Shown: piece after piece, positions 55,488 to 64,000 of the stretch
Layout: each line of letters opens with the position of its first letter
Position numbering within the stretch: position 1 is the stretch's first letter
Assembly (NCBI GenBank): GCA_964016885.1
Contig: OZ024757.1
Location: forward strand, 23,126,001 to 23,190,000
Direction of reading: 5' to 3'
Length of the DNA stretch: 64,000 nt
Origin: Eledone cirrhosa
Lineage: Eukaryota
The notes under the pieces: model-generated
What the model was told of the DNA's origin: nothing
The model's input: only the letters and a program-made list of their open reading frames with translations
Database searches by the model: none
Translations under genes and position numbers: made by a program

Positions 55488-55919
55488 ATTGTTGAATTAT
55501 CAATAATGATTATAATATGATGAAGTGTCTTGCTGGAATTTCCTGAGAAAAATGTTGAAAAAAAAACTATATATTAAGAACTAGAATTAGTGAATATGTT
55601 CCTTAATAATTTCATTCCTTATTTTTCTTCCATACTTTTCTTTTTTTTAGATAAGTAGGAATAAAAATTGAAAACACATAATACAACAAAATAATGAGGT
55701 ATTTGGAAATATTTTCCAACAAAAAATTTTTTACTCACTGCAATATTAGAAAAAAATAAATGATACTGTTTTGGTTCTTTTTTTTTAATTTATTTATTGC
55801 ACTGATATTGTGATATTGGTATATACCGACATTATTTAGCCCTAGCACTTGTCTCTGTACTGAATTTCATGAATTTTAATAATTATATCACAAGTCTGTA
55901 AAGTTTCTATATAATTTAT

Positions 55920-56212
55920 ACACGTGTGTGTGTATATATATATATATATGTATGTATATATATATATATATATTTATATACATGTATATATATATATTTA
56001 TATGTATGTATATATATATATTTATATGTATGTATATATATATATATTTATATGTATGTATATATATATATATTTATATGTATGTATATATATATATATT
56101 TATATGTATGTATATATATATATATATTTATATGTATATATATATATATATTTATATGTATGTATATATATATATATATTTATATGTATGTATATATATA
56201 TATATTTATATG

Positions 56213-56248
<36 letters not shown>

Positions 56249-56440
56249 CATTTATATATGTGTGTGTGTATATATATGTAAATATATATATACACATATA
56301 CTTACATATATATATATTTACAAATTTGTATGTGTTTTTCTCTCTCTCTCTCTATACATATATATATCTATATATATCTCTCTCTCTCTATATATATATA
56401 TCTATATATATCTCTCTCTCTCTATATATATATATATATA
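55920..56440. repeat. (TA)n-based minisatellite and (TC)/(TA) runs
   Basis: tatatatttatatgtatg units. Confidence 0.95.
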
Positions 56441-57009
56441 CATGTGTGTATCACACAAACACACATACATACACACATGTAAATACACATTAAAATCAAG
56501 GGTTCTTATCAAGTGTTATTTCTAATTTCATGTTAGAAATTTCCATAACCTTTTAATATTACTTACTTTAACTTAAGAAAATCTTTGTTATGTAAAGAGA
56601 TAGAGAACTACTTTATGGACATGAGTGCCCTGCTACCGTCTTTGAGTTGTTTATGAGTAAACTATCTGATTTGCAAGGTGCCATTCTTTCTAAATGTAAG
56701 CAGATATAGATAATAAAGAGATAATTTAAGTGAAAGTTAGGTTTAATCTAAACCCCAACGTTCAGATAGATAATCTGTAGTGCAAACATTAAATATGTGA
56801 TAAAACCCTTCCATTTTTCATGAAAATTAGATTTTCTTCCTCATTAACTTTGTAAATACTTTATGCTTCCACTCCTGAAAAATTAAGATTAGCTTAACAT
56901 CAAAATAAATGACTGTTTTCTTAATTGCTACATCATCCTCAACGTCATTATCATCATCATCATTATCACCATCGAAGATATATATAACACCACTGATTCT
57001 CAAAAGAAA

Positions 57010-58480
57010 GAAGCCTGGAAATGTTGTTATGAGAGATTTATGAATGTAGAGAATGAATGGGAGGAAAAGAAACTAACCCCCCCCCCCAACTTACCTAACA
57101 GAAGGACCAGCTAAGTTGACAGTTATAGGGTCAAAGAAGCAATCAAAGAGATGAAGAATAGTAAAGCTGCTGGACTGTCAGAGATAGTTGTTGAGATGCT
57201 GTTGAGTAGCAGTTGAACTAGTAACCCACAGAAACCACAGAGGAATAAAATTAATGGATCAAGCTATGAAAGGGACAGAAAGAGTTATAGTGCAGCTAAT
57301 TATAGAAAGAGTCAAAATAGATGATATTCAGTTTGGTTTCAAGCTTGGGAATAGTACTACAGATGTCCCCTTCTTAATGAGGCAACTACAAGAGTAGTTC
57401 CCAGCCAAAATAAGCCACTATATTTAGCTTTTGTTGATCTAGAGAAGGCCTTTGAAAGAGTACCTCAGTCTATTATCTAGTGGTCCTTAAGGAAGTTAGG
57501 TGTAGAAGTATAGCTTGTGGGAATAGTAGTGCAAGCTATGTACAGAGGAGCTGTCAGTAAAGTGATAGTAGGAAGTGAGTTTCGTGAGGAATTCAGGGTA
57601 CAGGTAGGAGTTCATCAAGGTTCGGTTCTTAGCCCACTACTGTTCATCTTAGTTCTTCAGGCCATAACAGAGGAGTTTAAAACTGACTGTCCATGGGAAC
57701 TTTTCTATGCTGATGATTTGGTCCTTATAGCTTAATCCATTAAAATCTAGAAAATAAGTTCTTTCTATGGAAACAGAATTTGGAATCATAGGGTGTGAGG
57801 GTAAATTTAGCCAAAACTAAAGTGCTAGTTAGTAGGGCCCTTCAGGGAAGTGGCCCTATTCAATATGTAGAAAAGGAGTAGGCATAAACTTCATACGGGG
57901 TACACAATTTAAATCTTGGGTACACAATGTAAATCTTGGGTACACAAGAGATGTAGTGGGATAACAAGTAGATTTACAAGAAAGGAAGACTTTGTAGAAA
58001 ATGTACAGGAGAAATCGATGGAAAGTGCATTAGTGATATAAACCTGTTCAAGTCACAGGTAGGATCCATAGATGTGTTTGATAGCTTCTGCTATCTAGGT
58101 GACTTAATTAGCAGCAGAGGAGAGTGTTCTGTGAGCATAATAGCTAGTACAAGGATAGGATGGAAAGAGTTTAGAGAGATACTCCCAGTATTAACAACAA
58201 AAAGTTTCTCCCTATGTACAAAAGGATGACCATAGGACACCTGTGTGTGAAGTATGATGCTGTATGGCAGGGAAACATAGGCTGTGGCTGTAGAAGATAT
58301 GTTTAGACTGGAAAGATATGAAGCGACCATGCGGTGTTGGATGTGAAATGTAAACATGAGAAAAAGGGAGAGCTTGGATGAACTGAGGGAGGAAACTGGA
58401 TTTAAGAGGAATCTGAAGTTGTGTGCAGAAGAGAAGAATGCATTGGTACGGATATGCGATGCACATGGATGATGATCGCT
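57010..58480 (+). mobile_element. Decayed RTE LINE reverse-transcriptase fragment
   Basis: RGIKLMDQ, QFGF, FVDLEKAF, GVHQGSVLSPLLF, YADD; many stops. Confidence 0.92.
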
Positions 58481-58615
58481 ATGTGTCAGCAAAGAGATAT
58501 TTAATTTGTTGATTATTCAACAAATATATTTATAACAGATTCGAAGCACTCAACAAATTTTCTGGAGTATATCAATGATATTAATAAATGGAAACTATAT
58601 TTATAAAACCATATT

Positions 58616-58676
58616 TATTTTATTATATATATTTCAAGGGTACCAAAAGTTTGGTACGCTCTCATCAGATAAAATA
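58616..58676 (-). ncRNA. Type I hammerhead motif with a truncated inverted copy at 58785-58823
   Basis: tattttat CTGATGA gagcgtaccaa..ttggtaccctt GAAA tatat ATA ataaaata; palindrome 58640-58821. Confidence 0.8.
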
Positions 58677-59196
58677 CAAAATTTGTTTTATAAATAGTGA
58701 CATACCCAGGAATCAGACCTTAACGGCTCAGGTTCCATTAAGGTTTGATTCCTAGGTATGTCAATATTTATAAAACAAATTTTCTATTTTATCTGATGAG
58801 AACGTACCAAACTTTTGATACGCTATATTTATATATTATATATATATAGTGTATTATATTTATATAGTATATTATATATAGTGTATTATATTTATATAGT
58901 GTATTATATTTATATAGTGTCTTATATATATATATATATTATATTTATATAGTATATTATATTTATATAGTGTTTATATATAGTGTATTATATATACAGT
59001 GTATTATATTTATATAGTGTATTATATTTATATAATTGCTTCTACTTTTAGCACAAGGCCAGCAATTACCCTAGTGTATTACTGGTATTCAATCCATAGG
59101 GCTGAAAGGCAAAGTTAAGCTCAGCAGGATTTGAACTCAAGTGTATTATATAGTGTGTTATGTTTATAAGGTTCCTAGAAATAATTAATTGATTAC

Positions 59197-60700
59197 CATC
59201 ATCATCATCATTTTACGTCCGTTTTTCCCTGCTTGGAAGGGTGGACGGGTCTTATTCAGCACAACATCTCTCAACATATGTCACGGTCCTTCGTCATTTC
59301 CACCAGGAGCTCTCTACCACGTCTTCCTTCAACTGGCATTTCCTGGCACTTCTTCACCCATCGGTCATCCTCCATGCACATCACATGTCCATACCACCGC
59401 AGTCTCCTCTCTCGCACACTACATTCTATCCCTCTTAGACACAGTTTCTCTCTCAACACATCCATGCTTGGTCGTTCACGCACATTGACATTGCACATCC
59501 AACGGAGCATGCTTGCCTCATTTCTCTCCAGCCATCGCATATCCTCTGCAGTTGCTGCCCATGTCTCACTACCATGCAGCATCGCACTCCTCACACAGGC
59601 ATCATATAACTGGCCTTTTGTACGCAGGGAGAAACCCTTCTTCATCAGCAGAGGAAGCAGCTCCCTAAACTTCTTCCAACCCGTCCTTATTCTAGATACT
59701 ATGGCCTCAGAACACCCCCCCTCCCATGCTAATCTGATCTCCTAGGTACCGGAAGCTACCACCACTTCTATAGTACCCGCCTGCATTTGAAAAATGTGTC
59801 TATCAATGCGACTTCTACTGTCTAATTTCCCTGTACATCTACTGCATACATATTTCACCCTACCTGTTAGTTTGCCTGTTATCCCTCTACATCTCTTGTG
59901 TACCCAGGATCTGCATTGTGTGCATTTTATAGAATTTATGCCAGTTCCTTTTCTGCATATCGAACATGGCCATTTCCCTGACGGATCAGGGTTTTGTCCT
60001 CTTTTCTACTCATCAACACTTTTGTCTTAGCTAGGTTCACTCTCAGTCCTCTTGCTTCCAACTGCTGTTTCCATAGCAAGAATTTATTCTCTAGCTCCTT
60101 TACTGATTCTGCTATAAGAACTAGATCGTCAGCATAGAAAAGTTCCCATGGACAGCCAGTCTTAAACTCCTCTGTTATGGCTTGGAGGACTATAATGAAC
60201 AAGAGCGGGCTGAGGACTGAACCTTGATGTACTCCTACATGTATCTGGAATTCCTCACTAAACTCAATTCCTACCCTGACTTTACTGACAGCACCTCTGT
60301 ACAAAGTTTGCACTGTCCTCACAAGCCATTCCTCAACACCTAGTTTCCTTAGGGACCACCAGATGACAGATCGGGGTACCCTATCAAAGGTCTTCTCTAG
60401 GTCAACATAGGCTAAGTATAGTGGCTTATTCTTCTCTAAGAACCTCTCTTGTAATTGTCTCACCAAGAAGAGGGCATCTGTTGTACTCTTCCCAGGCACA
60501 AAACCAAACTGCATCTCATCTAGTTTGACCCTTTCTCTAATTAGTTGCGCTAGTATTCTTTCTGCTACTTTCATAACCTGATCCATCAGTTTTATACCCC
60601 TATTATTGCTCCTCTACAGAGCATCCCCTTTACCTTTTTGTAGCAATTTATGAGAATACTGCTGCACCAGTCTTTGAGTATGACACCACCGTATATAGCC
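59197..60700 (-). mobile_element. RTE LINE, 5'-truncated, RT with PHD-like insertion, tail type B
   Basis: ORF 59936-60586 has QFGF, VDLEKTFDRVP, GVHQGSVLSP and YADD; ORF 59271-59645 is the C-terminus; (GAT)n tail. Confidence 0.95.
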
Positions 60701-60943
60701 CGATGGATGATGCGTGGATGATGACCGCTGGATGAAGAAGTGCCAAGAGATCCCAGTAGAAGGAAGACGCAGTAGAGGAAAACCATGAAAAACAAGGGTG
60801 GAGGTGGTGAGAGCTGACCTCAGATTGCTGAAGCTCACGGAGGAGATGACGAAAGACTCTGGCGAATTGAGAGATGCTGTGTTAAAAAGGACCCATCCCA
60901 CCCTTGCAAGCAACAGGAAAAGCAGATGTATGATAATGATGAT
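60701..60943 (+). mobile_element. RTE 3' end, tail type B
   Basis: DDDRWMKKCQEIPVEGRRSRGKP...cccacccttgcaagc..gatgat. Confidence 0.85.
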
Positions 60944-62339
60944 TTCCCAGTGTTGAAGATGCTACATTTTTCCTAAAATAAGTCTCAAAAATTTACCATG
61001 CATCCTGGAGGACGAAGGTTGTCTATTATCTTTTTTAAAAATCAGGGTGTGTCCTAGAAGCTGAAGTGTCTTCGGCGCCGGGAATTACGGTAATTAAGTA
61101 AGGAGATATTATGTGTGTATCTGTTGATTTTTGACAGCTATGACATTTATGTTTGTAACTTCAAGCTATCTACATAAAGTTCTTGTTAATGGCTTGCCTT
61201 ACTGTAGGTGTCAGGTGATGCCCATGAGGGTGTTTGACTGTTTCAGTGTCTTAGCCTCACCATCACCTGCAGTAATGCTACAAGCCTGTTGGCTTGCCTA
61301 AAAAAGTTCTGATGACCCTTGTGATGTGTGACCAATTGACACAGTGTTGACTTAATATTTTCTTTCATTTTGATTCTATATTTTCATGTGAAATATTTAT
61401 GTAATTAAGTAATAAAGATATATATGTGTATGTGTGGATTTTTGATAGCTATGGTATTTGTGTTTGTAATTCCAAGTTATCTATATGAACTTTGTTATTA
61501 TGAAATTTCAAATACATAATTTATTTTGATATGATAAATTAAGTTTGTTTTTTCATATTAAACGATCTTTTATTTCTAGGATAAAATTACCTAAAAATAA
61601 TAAAGAACTTAATATTTAGTTAAACATATTGAAAAAAAAGTAGCATTGTGAAAGACTATAAATGCTGTAAATTAAGTTATATCTGAATTAACTCTGCATC
61701 AATTAACAGTTGCCCCAAGGAATTGCAGCTAATTTAAAGAAATATAATACAGGCACCTTTACAGATGCATCTAGCTGATTATTTGACTCAAGAACAAAAC
61801 AAAAATTAAACTGAAAATTAAAATTTAGCACTGAAAATTTCCCCACCCTTTTCTTTGTTTTATTCCCTTACATAATGTATTGCAGATATCAGCACATTTC
61901 TGATAGGCGGATATTTTCTAACAATCTTATAGTTTTAAGATCAATCTGAACTTCACCAAGACATGATTGGATTGCCATCTCTATTTATTGGCAAGGAAAA
62001 TTATCATTTTTTTTTACTCACCCCAAGAGAGGCAAGGCAAAAAAAATCATTAAAATGCAAAGGGTTACAGAGAAGGGAAGACAAGAGAGAGAGAACAATT
62101 TTATATATATATATCTGGTTGGTGTTAGGAAATGCATCCAGACATAGAAACCAAGCCAAAATCACTTGTATGTGAGTGAATTCACAGTCCTCCGACCTGA
62201 TCCCTCGCAAAGGGACAACCTGTCCTACCCATGCTAGCGTGGAAGATGGACATTAAATGATGATGGTGATATATATATATATATACTCACCACAAGCAAA
62301 ACAATAAAACCACTAAAATGCAAGAGGTTACTGAGGAGA

Positions 62340-62473
62340 AAAGGACAAGAAAGAGAGAACACAATTCAAGGAGAGAGAAGATGTTGAGTTTGAAGTTTTG
62401 TAAATTGTATTGGTCAGGAAAGTAAAAAGACTGGGAAGGGAATTCCATAGACGAGATGTGCAAGGGAAGAAGC
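62340..62473 (-). mobile_element. CR1/L2/Jockey-type LINE 3' remnant
   Basis: Minus-strand peptide SFFPCTSRLWNSLP. Confidence 0.65.
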
Positions 62474-62474
62474 T

Positions 62475-62975
62475 ATCATCATCATCATCATTTTACGTCC
62501 GCTTTTCCCTGCTTGCAAGGGTGGGACGGGTCTTATTCAGCACAGCATCTCTCCACTCGTCACGGTCCTTCGTCATCTCCACCGTGAGCTTCAATGATCT
62601 GAGGTCTGTTCTCACCACCTCCGCCCATGTTTTTCGTGGTCTACCTCTACCACGTCTTCCTTCAACTGGCAATTCCTGGCACTTCTTCACCCATCGGTCA
62701 TCCTCCATGTGCCTTCACATGTCCATACCACCTCAGTCTCCTCTCCTGTACACTACATTCTATCCCTCTCAGACACAGTTTCTCTCTCAACACATTTATG
62801 CTGGGTCGTTCACGCACATTTACACTGCACATCCAACGGAGCATGCTTGCCTCATTTCTCTCCAGCCGTCGCATATCCTCTGCAGTTGCTGCCCATGTCT
62901 CACTACCATGCAGCATCGCACTCCTCACACAGGCATCATACAACTGGCCTTTCGTATGCAGGGACAAACCCTTCT
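62475..62975 (-). mobile_element. RTE LINE 3' fragment, tail type B
   Basis: KGQLYDACVRSAMLHGSETW...RGRPRKTWAEVV...(GAT)n. Confidence 0.92.
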
Positions 62976-63288
62976 ATCAGGATGGAATTTGTGATTGCAT
63001 TTACGATTGTATATATGTATGGAGCTGTAAGTCCTGATGGAATTGTAAGGATGGTGTAATGACAGGTAGCATGTTTTGGTCATTTTAAACTAGGCAGAAC
63101 CCATCCCCTCCTCATATCTGAACATAGATGTTTTCTTCTAGAGAAGGAGAGAGAAAGAGCGAGTGATAGAGAGAAAGTGCAAAAGCGATGTAGAGGAAAA
63201 GAATCAACCCTAGTTCTATACTAATACCTTTTTTTTTATAGACCTCAAAAGGATGAAATACAAAGCTGAACTCAGCAAGTTTTGAACT

Positions 63289-63800
63289 CATCATCATCTT
63301 GCGGCCTCAACCGAAATCAACTCAACAATTGATCTGTCTGTCATTCATTGACAGGGGGTGTGTGTGACCCCATGGGTCTGTCATTCATTGCCGTTGCCAA
63401 GTCCTGGATTTCAATACCAAAATCTCTGGAGATAACATCGGGATAGGAGAGCTTGCGCCCCCTGTTATTAATGACTGTTTGTGGTTTCCAAAGCACTAAT
63501 AGGGACACAGTCTCATAGGTGGCACGATGGCAGCGGCCAGCAAATCTTACTCTCCTTTTACATAAAACAACAGATATGTGTGGGAGACCGGCATATATTT
63601 CTTTTAAAGTCAGATGTCTCCAACTTATGTTCTAAAGGTGTTGAAGTGTAAGTGCCATCAAGGCGCTTTTGTTGTTTGGATGAAAGTGTCCATGTTTCAC
63701 TTCATAGTGCAGTGAGTCGGTATGAATACAACAAATCATTCGATCTAATACTCTCCACCCTCCACACACACTTTTTTTTAACAATTGACAAAATCCCAAT
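63289..63800 (-). mobile_element. Decayed RTE-like LINE 3' fragment
   Basis: ETWTLSSKQQKRLDGTYT...RRVRFAGRCHR...LVLWKP...LSYPDVISRD. Confidence 0.75.
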
Positions 63801-63920
63801 CCTCATGCAGTTACTGAGTGGGGAGGAACTAATAAAATCGGACCAAGGAAACAATGTTTCCATAAGTTCTTTCCTAGCTACAGTCATAACTCCTGGCAGA
63901 AAGATAATAGTTTCTGGAAG

Positions 63921-64000
63921 AAAAATAAAGTGTCTTGCTCAAGGACATAACACACTGCCTGGTCTGGGATTGGAACTCACAACCTCATAATTGTGAATCC
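63921..64000 (-). mobile_element. CORE-SINE fragment running off the window
   Basis: aaataaagtgtcttgctcaaggaca...gaactcacaacct. Confidence 0.8.

Noticed and set aside
60960-61092. pogo/Tigger-like end (...aattacgg|TA)
   Set aside because: Only one convincing terminus, so the element cannot be delimited.

Overview
AT-rich, microsatellite-saturated eukaryotic intergenic or intronic DNA, most likely from an octopus/cephalopod. That call is an inference from the tRNA-derived CORE- and Meta-type SINEs, RTE LINEs with (GAT)n tails and very high (TA)n/(CA)n density. I found no credible host gene or exon. Nearly all ORFs in the track are translations of simple repeats or decayed retroelements (RTE, CRE-like, L1/Tx1-like, CR1/L2-like). 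The window also holds two Helitrons, mariner/hAT/piggyBac/pogo-type MITEs and several minisatellites. The most notable signal is invisible to the ORF track: about 10 well-formed and about 7 variant or degenerate type I hammerhead ribozyme (HHR) motifs. They sit in short non-coding, mostly (TA)n-adjacent units that often form inverted pairs, resembling Penelope-like element or retrozyme modules. All 10 long-stem-II copies keep a C-C mismatch at the 4th pair of stem II while neighbouring pairs co-vary. All folds were assigned by eye; none was computed or tested.
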